Below are positions 11,821 through 21,803 of a DNA stretch of 64,000 bases, piece by piece (within the stretch, counting starts at the first letter, position 1; each line of letters starts with the position of its first letter). Source of the stretch: an uncultured virus (IMG/VR IMGVR_UViG_3300001346_000004) (taxonomy: Duplodnaviria; Heunggongvirae; Uroviricota; Caudoviricetes). A program made the position numbers and the translations under genes. Below the pieces are notes generated by a model, which ran no database searches, was not told where the DNA came from, and saw nothing but the letters and a program-made list of their open reading frames with translations. The DNA lies in the IMG/VR virus record IMGVR_UViG_3300001346_000004; one strand, written 5' to 3'.

Positions 11821-14800
11821 TAGTAACTAGAACCTCCGCTGCTAGAACCTGTAGTACCTGTACTCGTAGTGCTTGTGTTTGTAGTTGTAGTTGTACCTGT
11901 ACTTGTGCTTGAACTTGTTGTGTTTGATTGTGAATCACTTTCTACTGTTCCTGTGCTTGATCTAATTTCAGCGGCGGTAATGCTAGTAACAATTTTGATG
12001 TCGTCTACTGTTGCACCACTTACAAAAATTTCATCTGGGTTGCTTTGTATTTCAAAAAGACTGCCAAATGATTGTGCTGATGATCTAGGTAAAATTACAA
12101 AGTTAGTAACATCAGGTGCTACTGTGTTAATAACGTAGGTTGTTAATTCACTTAGATAGAATCTGTCACCAAAATCCCAGTTTTGAATTTCAAAGAATCT
12201 GTTTATTGCTGTAACAATTCTTACTTTTAAATTGTTATCATTAATTGCTTTATCTGAATTTTTAACTACTTTGAATTCGGCCTGTAATTTAGTTGCTGCC
12301 TGAGAACCAAATAATACTTTATATTTCACAGGGTGATAAATTACTTCATCACTAATAGTTTTAATTTCATTTAGATTAGCACCAAATTCTATTCTTAAAC
12401 TATCTGTTGTAGGAGCATCAGGTTCTGTTGTTGCACCTGCAAGATAATTTCTATATGCAGTATCGTAATTTTTAGTTAATAAAAATAAATCAACAATGTT
12501 AGTTACGCTAGGATCGATTCTTCTATTTTCACTAGCAGCATGTGTGTATTGAAATTTTAAATTTCTTCTACCTATATATGCAACATAGTTACTGTTTAAT
12601 TCAAGTATGTTAGTTGTTCTATTAACTGTTTTAACTACATCTTCAGCAATGTCACTAAAATAAATTAATTGACCATTAGTGTAATCATTTACATTAACAT
12701 CTGCTTCTTTATCTCTTATAATAATTGTACCTGTACTATTATCAAAAAGATTTAATACGTCTGTACCGTATTCGTCTACTTTTCTTTCAAAGAACAAATA
12801 GTTTAACTCAGAATCAGCACCTGCAACTTGTATAAATGAATCAGGATCGTCAATAACACCATCGCTATCGCTATCACTAAAACTTAATTTTATTTCTTTG
12901 TTGCTTTCATACCCGTCATCAAACGATATAGTATCTGTGATTTCAAATTTATAATCTCTGCCTAATGCTGATGCAGTAGTTGTTTGACTATTAATACCTA
13001 AAATATTAACAATATCTTTTGCAATTTTTCCTGTCAAATTATTGTAAGCAATTTCGTTTTTATCAAAATAAAACCTGTTTTGCTCAACACTTCCAAATAC
13101 ATAATTTAATGTTCTAATTCTAATTACATACTGATCGTTTTCTTTTACAAATGCAAACAACCAAGAACCATCAAGATTCTCATTTGTTATATCACCTGCC
13201 TTACCTAAATTAAAGTTATTGACTAAATCTAAGTTTTGATTTTGTATAATTTTCCATGAAGTGTCAGCAGTATCATATCTTAAACCAAAGTTTAAACTTG
13301 CAAACATAAGGTTAGTAATTTCTGTTTCAAGTGCTACACTCAAATCGTTAACAAACTTTGGAACAATACTATTTGCTATTGCGCCTTCTGGAATATTTTC
13401 ATTAAAAGTAATTGGTCCTAATCCGTTTGCAAGAGCACCTCTATTAGCATTTGTACCATCTCCTATAATTGATTGTACTTTGGCCCAAATATAAGTTGAA
13501 CTTCCTGTATGATCTGCGGTGCCGGCCATCAATTTATTATTTTGATTTGTCATAAAGTGAAAACCATCAGGGGCAGTAAATTTAATTGTTGACCCAACAG
13601 TAAGGAATTTTAAACTACTCGTTGAGTATGTGCCAACTTTAAGTAGACTGTTATCAATAGTGTTTGTAAAATAACCAGTTCCGCTATTTAAATCGTTAGT
13701 AATACTTTTCCACACTGTTGTTTTTTCACTAAATGTTACTCTTTCATATTTGGTAATGTAAAAATTATATAAGTCTTTATCAGTAAATGCACCTTCAATG
13801 TTTTGCCTTATGAAATTGATAATTTCAGTTTTGCTTGTGAACTTTAAAAATAAACTTCTTTCTGCTTCTTGTCTATAAATGTATCCATCATCAGCAAAAA
13901 CATTTACTGCACTATATTTTCCGCTTGCATCTACAATGTCATAATTTCTACTAATACCACTTGAAGTTCTGTTTACTGCTTTTATTTTTAAAATGTTTTG
14001 AGAACTTGCTAACGGAGCAAGATTATAATCTTCTCCAGTAACCATTCTGTTTTGTGTATAATAAAGTGCAGGAGCATTTTGCCTAATTGTATCAGTACTT
14101 TCTGTTGCCGCTGCATTATTAACAGTATATTGCAAACCTAAGTTTACAGTAAGTGTATGTGCAATACCTGATTTATTTAAATAATTGATATCGATTGAGA
14201 TACCTTTCATATCATTAGGAGCAATGGCATACTCGAGTCCATTACTTACTCTGTAATACGTTCTAAAAGATCCTTGCGGTAAATTTCCATATGTGCCATC
14301 AGCAAATACAAGATTGACTTTATCGTCAGGTTGTGTAGACACTGAATAGATGTTTCTAATATTACCTACTATACTATTGTATGCAATATTGTTTCCTGTT
14401 AGATTACTTACTTTAGCCCATTCACGGTCTTGGCCGCCTGCGCTATTCAAACCAAACAACCAAAGATCATCATTATTAATATTGTTTGTCTCTACAGAAA
14501 TTGTTTCATTTGTTGTTGGAGTACTAATATCAAAGTCTGCAAACTCTAAACTTCCTTGTTTAAATTGTAAAAAGAAACCTGTGTTTGCACTTGCTGAACC
14601 TTTTCCATCTTGTCTGTATACAAACCCTAACTGGTTACCTGGTGTTGGTGCTTCTTCATATATAAATTCTTGTTCCTTAAACGCTGTGCTTACTATTTCA
14701 AATGCCATGCTTCTACCAGCAACAGATTTTGAAAAGTTGTATAATGGAACATCATTTGAAGTAGTTCTAAATCTATATTGCTCGGTAGGTATACCTTGTA

Positions 14801-15335
14801 TTGTAGCAGCGCCTTCACTTCTACCAAACTCTGTATTGTCAGACATAGCAGAATTAAGAATTAACACAAACTGTTCTGCCCAGTTACTGTTTGTAGGATC
14901 ATTCCATTTAACAGTTTGTTGTGCTAAGTTTCTACCATTACTATCAATAATATTTTCTGTAGTTGATATTGTATTAAATTTTAATAAGCCACTAGATCCT
15001 ATATTTCTTTTTGCGTTGTAGGACAACATTCTAGCAATTCTAAGAACACTTTCTTTACGCTCTGCTAATTCTAAAAAGTTTTCTCTACTTGCTAAATCTA
15101 GTCTGAAACTGATGCTTTGGCCTAAAAATGCTACTGCATCAACTAGAGCCATGTACTCAGAACTTTCAATATAGTCATTAAAATCTTCAGGATAGTTTTC
15201 TCTTAGATAAGAAATAATTACCCTGCGGATATTTTCAAAATCATAAGACTTAAAATCCGCATTTCTAAACGTTTGATAGATGCGAGTCCAGTCCTGATTT
15301 AGTATTAAATTGTTCTGTCTTGACGTTGTGCTCAT
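11820..15335 (-). CDS. gp6: Baseplate wedge protein, T4 gp6-like
   Basis: N-terminal DF..YDFENIR...YLR...PEDFNDY.ESS...L.D..A pattern, LA.RKESVLRIARMLSYN, and NAPALYYTQNRMVTGEDY, typical of the gp6/baseplate-J family; adjacent to gp25-like gene. Confidence 0.85.
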   Translation of the reverse strand: MSTTSRQNNLILNQDWTRIYQTFRNADFKSYDFENIRRVIISYLRENYPEDFNDYIESSEYMALVDAVAFLGQSISFRLDLASRENFLELAERKESVLRIARMLSYNAKRNIGSSGLLKFNTISTTENIIDSNGRNLAQQTVKWNDPTNSNWAEQFVLILNSAMSDNTEFGRSEGAATIQGIPTEQYRFRTTSNDVPLYNFSKSVAGRSMAFEIVSTAFKEQEFIYEEAPTPGNQLGFVYRQDGKGSASANTGFFLQFKQGSLEFADFDISTPTTNETISVETNNINNDDLWLFGLNSAGGQDREWAKVSNLTGNNIAYNSIVGNIRNIYSVSTQPDDKVNLVFADGTYGNLPQGSFRTYYRVSNGLEYAIAPNDMKGISIDINYLNKSGIAHTLTVNLGLQYTVNNAAATESTDTIRQNAPALYYTQNRMVTGEDYNLAPLASSQNILKIKAVNRTSSGISRNYDIVDASGKYSAVNVFADDGYIYRQEAERSLFLKFTSKTEIINFIRQNIEGAFTDKDLYNFYITKYERVTFSEKTTVWKSITNDLNSGTGYFTNTIDNSLLKVGTYSTSSLKFLTVGSTIKFTAPDGFHFMTNQNNKLMAGTADHTGSSTYIWAKVQSIIGDGTNANRGALANGLGPITFNENIPEGAIANSIVPKFVNDLSVALETEITNLMFASLNFGLRYDTADTSWKIIQNQNLDLVNNFNLGKAGDITNENLDGSWLFAFVKENDQYVIRIRTLNYVFGSVEQNRFYFDKNEIAYNNLTGKIAKDIVNILGINSQTTTASALGRDYKFEITDTISFDDGYESNKEIKLSFSDSDSDGVIDDPDSFIQVAGADSELNYLFFERKVDEYGTDVLNLFDNSTGTIIIRDKEADVNVNDYTNGQLIYFSDIAEDVVKTVNRTTNILELNSNYVAYIGRRNLKFQYTHAASENRRIDPSVTNIVDLFLLTKNYDTAYRNYLAGATTEPDAPTTDSLRIEFGANLNEIKTISDEVIYHPVKYKVLFGSQAATKLQAEFKVVKNSDKAINDNNLKVRIVTAINRFFEIQNWDFGDRFYLSELTTYVINTVAPDVTNFVILPRSSAQSFGSLFEIQSNPDEIFVSGATVDDIKIVTSITAAEIRSSTGTVESDSQSNTTSSSTSTGTTTTTNTSTTSTGTTGSSSGGSSY

Positions 15336-15355
15336 TAACTATATTCCTATTGTAA

Positions 15356-15361
15356 TATTTA
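15356..15361 (-). promoter_or_regulatory. T4-type late promoter core TAAATA upstream of gp6-like gene
   Basis: TAAATA on minus strand 20 nt before ATG at 15335; the motif recurs at many intergenic sites and a gp55-like sigma is encoded in the window. Confidence 0.6.
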
Positions 15362-15379
15362 GCCCTTGTAATTAAGTGC

Positions 15380-15817
15380 TTAGTTTATAACCGAGTTATT
15401 TCTATCAAAATTAAAGCGCATTCTTTCAGTTACATTAAATGGAACATACACTACATCTGCTTCAATTCTCATGCCTTGTTCTGTGCTATCAACACTAACG
15501 CTTTGAACTACAACTCTAGGGTCATAGTTTATAATAGTTTCTACGTCTTTGGCTATAATATTCTTTACTTCTTCAGTAAACTGTTCAAAGATCATATCCC
15601 ATATTACAGTACCAAAGGTCGGATTTTCTAACTTTTCACCTTTTCTTATGTAGAAGTTGTTGATAATATCCTGTTTTACCAAGTCAATATCATATAATTT
15701 AAATCCGCTTTTTTTGTTTTTTGAAGAGAATCCTCTATATGTAAACGTGTTCGCTCCTGCAGACCCAACACTTGCTTGGTTAACTGCTACTGCTTTTTGA
15801 TTGTATATTTTTTTCAT
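15380..15817 (-). CDS. gp25: Baseplate wedge/sheath initiator, gp25-like
   Basis: DIDLVKQDIINNFYIRKGEKLENPTFGT.IWD.IFE...I..DV..IINYDPRV matches the gp25/GPW pattern. Confidence 0.85.
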   Translation of the reverse strand: MKKIYNQKAVAVNQASVGSAGANTFTYRGFSSKNKKSGFKLYDIDLVKQDIINNFYIRKGEKLENPTFGTVIWDMIFEQFTEEVKNIIAKDVETIINYDPRVVVQSVSVDSTEQGMRIEADVVYVPFNVTERMRFNFDRNNSVIN

Positions 15818-15820
15818 ATA

Positions 15821-17617
15821 CTACTCCTCTTTTGGTTCTCTGTCGGTAAACGTTTCATTTTGTAATGCAGGAGAATTATTCTCATGCAACGGCCACGGCT
15901 CATGCATAGGTACTCTTTTCATTATTGTTTTTATTTTTCCGTCAGTGTATTTAAGTTTAGGCCATCCAACAGCAGGATTTGTAAACAATGTTGTATGTAG
16001 ATGCAAGGCAGTAATAGTTGCTGCTTGACTTGCTTCTTCTGCTTCTCTTGCTTGTGGGCCATTCATGTGTATTTCTGCTGCTGTCTCAGTATGATTGCCA
16101 CCACTTAAAATATCTGTTGTACCACCGGCTGTATATGCATTGTTACCATCTGTATTCAGATCCAGATTACCAGTAGTTTTTATAAGTGTATCTCCAGATA
16201 CTTTCAAGTCAAGATCATGTGCACCAACTATTCCATATCCTGTAGCAATTTTTGTAGAGCCTATTACGCTGATGTCTAAAGATCCGTCAACTTTTACACC
16301 TTCTGCATTTTCATAATTTCTAGTTTCTATCTTACCATTAGCGCCAATTAGTATGTTTGTGTTGAATGCACTTTCAATTTGTATTCTACCTGATTCATAT
16401 TCATTTCCGTCTTGTATTTTAGATATAGGATTTCCATCTGCATCTCTTCTATGTAATTCATTAGTTGAAACATATTCAGCAGTTGCTTTCATGTTTATAT
16501 TTCTTCCGGCTTCAATATTAACATCTCTATCGGCTTTGATGTTTAAATCATTTTCAGTATGCACACTTATACTATCTGCTGCGTACACATCAATTTTACC
16601 ATTTGATGTCATTTCAATCCATGACGTTCCTCTTGAATTACCAATATAAATTAAGTCTTCTGAGTTATGTAATAGTATCTGATGTCCTGTTCTTGTTCTT
16701 AGTCTTGTATATTCATTATAAGGAACAGTTACGTCACCTTTGTCATTTGTTTGAGCTCCTTCAGCATCAGCAAATCTTTTTTCTATAACATCAATATATT
16801 TTACAGGACCACTGGCTGCTGGCGTTTGTCTAACATATCTATCATCACCGTCATCCATAACAAACTGTGTGCCGCCAAGTCTACTTACTGCAACACCTAT
16901 AAGTGATGAATTCTCTGTTGTACCTGTTGTCATTCTTTTACTACCGTCTCTCCAATCTAGAGGTCCAGGAGTAGAAATACCAAAAGCAGCATTAGGAGTT
17001 TGTCTTCGAGCTGAAGTGGTAGTAACACCACGAACATCATCTTCTAAAGTTCCTGCTTCAAGAAATCTATCAGCAATAGGATGAACAGGTTTTTTAATTT
17101 TATCTGGGTCTTTTTCTAATTCTTCTTTATTAGATATTTTGTTTATCTCACCTACAGGAAGTGGCTGTGTTGTATCAAACTTTTTCTTATCTGCATCTGT
17201 TAAATCTACTTGTGTACTTCCCGCTATGGCTGGTACCATATTATTTGCAAAGTTGGGTGGTAAACAGGCGAACCAATATCCTTCGCCAGGATCGCCGTCA
17301 ACAAAAGTACACATGACTGTTACACCTATATCGGGTGGAACAAACCACATACCATAAGATTTTTGAGTGTCGTTGAAATCCTCATTATTCTTTCCTAAAG
17401 CAGGATAAGGTGTATAACCAAAGAATGGAGATGCATAGTTAACTGTATACGTTTGTCTGTCTGCTCCTACATCATTACCTTGTGATTTTAAAAGACTTAC
17501 ACGAAGTCTTCCGTTGAAGGTAGGATCCATGACACTAATAACTTTCGCAAGAATGACTCCGGCGCCTAAATTTACGCCTGCTGTTTCTTTACTAGGTCTT
17601 CTTCTTTGTATTGCCAT
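15821..17617 (-). CDS. gp5: Baseplate central spike, gp5/VgrG-like, with no lysozyme domain evident
   Basis: N-terminal OB-fold-like DP...GRLRV...GMWFVPPDIG..V...F..GD; RTRTGHQILLH...YIGN.RG.SWIEMTSNGKID beta-helix repeats. Confidence 0.75.
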   Translation of the reverse strand: MAIQRRRPSKETAGVNLGAGVILAKVISVMDPTFNGRLRVSLLKSQGNDVGADRQTYTVNYASPFFGYTPYPALGKNNEDFNDTQKSYGMWFVPPDIGVTVMCTFVDGDPGEGYWFACLPPNFANNMVPAIAGSTQVDLTDADKKKFDTTQPLPVGEINKISNKEELEKDPDKIKKPVHPIADRFLEAGTLEDDVRGVTTTSARRQTPNAAFGISTPGPLDWRDGSKRMTTGTTENSSLIGVAVSRLGGTQFVMDDGDDRYVRQTPAASGPVKYIDVIEKRFADAEGAQTNDKGDVTVPYNEYTRLRTRTGHQILLHNSEDLIYIGNSRGTSWIEMTSNGKIDVYAADSISVHTENDLNIKADRDVNIEAGRNINMKATAEYVSTNELHRRDADGNPISKIQDGNEYESGRIQIESAFNTNILIGANGKIETRNYENAEGVKVDGSLDISVIGSTKIATGYGIVGAHDLDLKVSGDTLIKTTGNLDLNTDGNNAYTAGGTTDILSGGNHTETAAEIHMNGPQAREAEEASQAATITALHLHTTLFTNPAVGWPKLKYTDGKIKTIMKRVPMHEPWPLHENNSPALQNETFTDREPKEE

Positions 17618-17626
17618 TTTTATTCC

Positions 17627-20248
17627 TTATTGCGGTCCGTTTTGCGGTCCGTAGTCACCGTCATCACCTGGTAAGTCATAGCCTTCTCCGGGTGGTATAG
17701 GCCCTACTGTGATAGTGCCACCAGGATCTGCTACTAAAATTTCTTCGCTTACAGATTCTTTATCTTTTGCCTCGCCCTTTACTTTTACAGTTGAATTACC
17801 TTGTTTGCTTGTCTGTAGTTTCTTGCCATCAAAGTCAGTTGGTTGTGCTTGCATTCTAATACATTGTAGCTCTTGCTTAAATGTTCCGCCTTCAAATTTA
17901 CTAATAACTTTAATTACTCTGTAGATACCACTAAACGGACTCACACCGTCATCGAACTCAAAACCACCAGTTCTTTCATTTATATCTGCTGGTGTTCTAA
18001 ATGTAATGTATATGTAAACATCTTGTCCTTCATAATTCATCGTACCATCTTCAGTTAATAGGTTTGACGATCCTGATTCAGCAGCAAAGTAATTACTTAA
18101 TCCACTGTCAATCAAATAATAGGTATCTCCCATTACTGTAAAATTAATTTTTACTAAGTCAGCACTTGTGACATTGATAAATGCATCTTGGAAACTTTGT
18201 GCAATTTTTTGTTCAACATCTACGTCTCCTGATCCTCCTCGCAACACATTAAATAGATCAGGATTTTTCTTAACTTTAGATTTACCTAAATTTGCAGCCT
18301 GTGCTGTAGAGTTATTACCTTTCTCTATCTCTACCTCTTTTGGATTGCTGCCGGCTGGTCCTTTATTATCTTTATTGTCTTCGTTTTTTGTTTTAGTTTC
18401 TGACTGTGGATTTGCTCCACTATAAAATAGATAGTTAATATCAATATCAAAACTTAGTATTTCTGTATTCTGTCCAGAATATATGTATTCGTACTTTTTA
18501 ACAATATTTTTTTCTAATATATCATACCCTGGAGGAATTGCATTAGGATTACCAAATATACTAGAATGCACTTTAAATGGCACAACTCTATAAACGTATT
18601 TTTTTGCAAAGTCGCCAATTGAGGCATCATAATCTAAAAATTCAATCTGCGTATCAATTTTAAACCAGTCTATCATACCGTCTGCTTTTGTAGCCTTTTG
18701 TGTTGCTTCTTTGGCCCATGTAGAACTTAGTATAACTTGTGTAATGATATCTGTTAATTTTTGTTTTTGTGTAAAATGAAAAGACCTTGCGCTTTCATCA
18801 ATTTGCATTATGCCTCTATTTACACGGCCGGTTTCTTCATCAACAACATCTTTGTCTGTCTTGAAAGGAAAGTTACCACCACGTTTTGTATCAAACCCAA
18901 ATTTAGATTTAGCAACAGGATTGTTACCTATGTTTTGACTTGTTGTTGCATCAACTTCTGTTCCGCCTACTGAGTTTTGACCAGCGTCAGCAGGATTAAA
19001 AGTTGCGCCAGCATTAGCATCATTACTTGATTGGTTTTGATTAGTAAATCGTTGACTAGACTTTTCTGGAAAATGTATTTCGTATCTATCTTTTATATCA
19101 TATCTACCTTGCTTTACTGCAAGTTCTTCATTTTTATTAAGCAAGGCAACTAAACTGTTTCCTCCAGTTGCTAAAAGATCTCTAACCGTGCCTTTTTCTT
19201 CTTGTGGCATCGGTGCTGTTCCTGTTGTTATACCTATGTTAATATCTGTAAATGCTGTATCCACAGTGTCTGAGAATCCTTGATGATTATAAGGATATGC
19301 TTCTACAGCATACTTACTTCCTGTTTCATCTACACTAAAAGTAACTTTCTTTAATTTTAAAATAAAAAATTTAGGTTTAATTGTTTTTTTAATTTTAGAA
19401 GATTCATCAAAACCTATAATATCAAGTTTTAACAAAAACGGACTATCTAAGTAATTTGAGTAGCCTGCTTTAATTGCGGCATTCTGTAAACTCTGCAAAA
19501 ACAATCCCATGGAATAAGGTTCTAGTATATCAAATGTAAAGTTAATTGCATTTTGATTTCCTGTTCTAGGAGTTGCAGCAATTATAGATGTCATATTAAA
19601 ATTATCTACAAAGTATTCTGGCTTGCCGTATTTTGTGTTTACTCTTTCTGCGTCGCCTCTACCTGCACTACTAAAAACAATACTAGATTGCAAACTTGCT
19701 GTCCTGGTATCTTTGAAAGTTGCTTTTTGACCCATGATTGTAGTTTCAACATCTACTGTAGATGAAACATCATATGATTGATTTGCAAAACTCATACCAA
19801 CTGCATTTCTATATAGGTTAGGATTATTAAATTGTTTAGGTGTAAGGACTGCCATAGTCCATAAATGGTTTACACTAGCAAACTGTCCTAGAGGATTTGG
19901 TACTATGCCATTTAAATTTGTACCTGACGATCCTGCATTAGATCCCTCTGGTTTTTTCTTTTCGTCTTCCTTTTCGTCTTTATCTAGATCTGTTGTTGCG
20001 CCTGATTCTTTTTTAAACTTCTCAACAAATGCTTTGATAATTGCACTGTCTTGTTTTGTAGGTAGTTTTTTTGTACCGTCTGGTTTTTTGTTCTGATAAG
20101 TGTCTAGTTGCTCCTTGGTGCCGTACACTTTGGCTTCTTTGCCATTAATTCTTGTGGTAATGTAAGGTTGCTTTCTAGTTTCGTCGGTGATGTTGAAATT
20201 CGCGGCGCTACCAGTGGATTGAATTCTGTACTCTTTCAAGTCAGCCAT
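17627..20248 (-). CDS. Baseplate hub/tail protein (gp27/phage late control D-like)
   Basis: 873 aa, directly upstream of spike gene; C-terminal FSGIYRVIKVISKFEGGTFKQELQCIR motif typical of hub proteins. Confidence 0.55.
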   Translation of the reverse strand: MADLKEYRIQSTGSAANFNITDETRKQPYITTRINGKEAKVYGTKEQLDTYQNKKPDGTKKLPTKQDSAIIKAFVEKFKKESGATTDLDKDEKEDEKKKPEGSNAGSSGTNLNGIVPNPLGQFASVNHLWTMAVLTPKQFNNPNLYRNAVGMSFANQSYDVSSTVDVETTIMGQKATFKDTRTASLQSSIVFSSAGRGDAERVNTKYGKPEYFVDNFNMTSIIAATPRTGNQNAINFTFDILEPYSMGLFLQSLQNAAIKAGYSNYLDSPFLLKLDIIGFDESSKIKKTIKPKFFILKLKKVTFSVDETGSKYAVEAYPYNHQGFSDTVDTAFTDINIGITTGTAPMPQEEKGTVRDLLATGGNSLVALLNKNEELAVKQGRYDIKDRYEIHFPEKSSQRFTNQNQSSNDANAGATFNPADAGQNSVGGTEVDATTSQNIGNNPVAKSKFGFDTKRGGNFPFKTDKDVVDEETGRVNRGIMQIDESARSFHFTQKQKLTDIITQVILSSTWAKEATQKATKADGMIDWFKIDTQIEFLDYDASIGDFAKKYVYRVVPFKVHSSIFGNPNAIPPGYDILEKNIVKKYEYIYSGQNTEILSFDIDINYLFYSGANPQSETKTKNEDNKDNKGPAGSNPKEVEIEKGNNSTAQAANLGKSKVKKNPDLFNVLRGGSGDVDVEQKIAQSFQDAFINVTSADLVKINFTVMGDTYYLIDSGLSNYFAAESGSSNLLTEDGTMNYEGQDVYIYITFRTPADINERTGGFEFDDGVSPFSGIYRVIKVISKFEGGTFKQELQCIRMQAQPTDFDGKKLQTSKQGNSTVKVKGEAKDKESVSEEILVADPGGTITVGPIPPGEGYDLPGDDGDYGPQNGPQ

Positions 20249-20249
20249 G

Positions 20250-20549
20250 CTAGACTCCTAAAAATCTTTGCAAATTAGATTCTTTAGGTATATAAATTTT
20301 CGTTCCTGGAACAAAATCATATATAGGATCTTTAATTGTTTCCATATTTCTTTGCACAAATACCCACCATAGTTTAGCGTCACCGTATAAATCGTATGCT
20401 AATAAATCAGGACGTCTTTTATATTGATTCTCAATAGTATATAAGTAATCATCCGCCTGTGCTGGTACAGGTCTGATACTTAATAACTCAAGATACAAAC
20501 TATTTGCAGGTGTTGCATGATACGGAGACGATTGTTTGTAAATTGCCAT
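20250..20549 (-). CDS. gp53: LysM-like baseplate wedge protein, gp53-like
   Basis: YTIENQYKRRPDLLAYDLYGDAKLWWVF...N...DPIYDF.PG.KIYIP is the gp53/tail-X LysM pattern. Confidence 0.8.
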   Translation of the reverse strand: MAIYKQSSPYHATPANSLYLELLSIRPVPAQADDYLYTIENQYKRRPDLLAYDLYGDAKLWWVFVQRNMETIKDPIYDFVPGTKIYIPKESNLQRFLGV

Positions 20550-20550
20550 A

Positions 20551-21708
20551 TTATAAGTACCCCTTGCCTGATGGTGTTTTTAAATTTCCTTTAGCATAAT
20601 CAACTAAACTAAACTGTCTTAAATTTCTTCTGTTGTAAACCGGTTGTACGTTTATGTTTACACTGCTCGTAATTGGTACCCATGTGTTTGTGCCAAAGGC
20701 GTTACAGCGTTTGTACTGTACATCGTTGTCGAAATCAACTGAGAACGATTTTACTACAACTGGCACGTTATCAAACACGCTTGCACCATATCCTGTTAAT
20801 CTACACACTGGTGGTGGAGCACCTACATTTGCACCTTGACCGAAAAACATCTTGGTCATTGTTTTAAAGAATGTTGTCATTGCTATCCAGTATGCTGCTT
20901 GAGTTTCATCTTCACAAACAAAAGTACCATTGATCATTATTTCATCAACTTGTGAATTTTTGTAAGCCTGGAACGGATAATTGTTGTGAATAGGATCAAT
21001 TTGTGTATAGTTTGCTTTAGTAGAGAATGTAATCGAAGGAAGTACAGGAAAAACTACTCCCGCTGACTTTTGTAATAGTTCAAATTGAGGGTTACCAGGG
21101 AATAAACTCCAATCACAAGCAATTCTAACACGCCAGTCCTCACCGTTTTTAGGTATAACTTGTATACCTTCTCCTGATGATTGAAAAAGTTCTCCGCCTT
21201 TAGGTATGTTAGCACCACGTTTTAAACTTAAAAAATCATCTAGTGCGCCTGCACCTTGTGCTATTTGACCTGCTAGTTGTTCTATACCTCCTGCAAGATT
21301 ACCTCCGGTAAATTTACTTGCAAGTGATCCTATTTCATTAAGTGAGTTATTTAAAGATGTGCCTACACTGTTTGTAGCATTTCCAATTACACTACCAAAA
21401 CTACCTACAGTAGACGATAATGAATCTAGTATGCCGGATTCTGATCCGCCGTCAAGATTGTTATTGATAACATTACCCATACCTGTGGTTACTTTATCTA
21501 ACAGTTCACCTCCTACACTACCAGCGGCGTTTAATCCACTGCCGATGTCACCTCCCAACTTTGCCATTTTTGCATCAAGTCTTGCCTTTTCAAACTGGTT
21601 TCCTACCTTGGGTGCATTGAAGGCTGCTTCTGCTACATCTAGTGCTGCTTGCGTCTCTGCATCTATTTTTGATACCAATAGTGATATCGGATTAACTGAT
21701 AAACTCAT
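20551..21708 (-). CDS. Putative baseplate tail-tube initiator (gp48/gp54-like)
   Basis: C-terminal tube-like domain (FPVLPSI...ANY....H.NY....Y.NS.V..I...G.F; GAPPPVCRL.GYG...F..VPVVV.SF); first gene of baseplate operon. Confidence 0.55.
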   Translation of the reverse strand: MSLSVNPISLLVSKIDAETQAALDVAEAAFNAPKVGNQFEKARLDAKMAKLGGDIGSGLNAAGSVGGELLDKVTTGMGNVINNNLDGGSESGILDSLSSTVGSFGSVIGNATNSVGTSLNNSLNEIGSLASKFTGGNLAGGIEQLAGQIAQGAGALDDFLSLKRGANIPKGGELFQSSGEGIQVIPKNGEDWRVRIACDWSLFPGNPQFELLQKSAGVVFPVLPSITFSTKANYTQIDPIHNNYPFQAYKNSQVDEIMINGTFVCEDETQAAYWIAMTTFFKTMTKMFFGQGANVGAPPPVCRLTGYGASVFDNVPVVVKSFSVDFDNDVQYKRCNAFGTNTWVPITSSVNINVQPVYNRRNLRQFSLVDYAKGNLKTPSGKGYL

Positions 21709-21745
21709 TTTGGTAATATTTCCTCATCATTTGATTACTTTACTC

Positions 21746-21782
21746 TATTTATTTCTTTCATAATGTGCTATTATAATAAATA
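21746..21782. promoter_or_regulatory. Back-to-back TAAATA late promoters (minus 21746-21751, plus 21777-21782)
   Basis: Two TAAATA cores on opposite strands in the gap between the baseplate operon and gp55; a TATAAT also lies at 21772-21777. Confidence 0.55.
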
Positions 21783-21803
21783 TTAAAAAGTTCTGGAGAA
21801 CAT

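Noticed and set aside
14350..15021. 223-aa plus-strand ORF and the many short ORFs over 1-11820
   Set aside because: Antisense or out-of-frame shadows of the gp6-like gene and the giant minus-strand ORF
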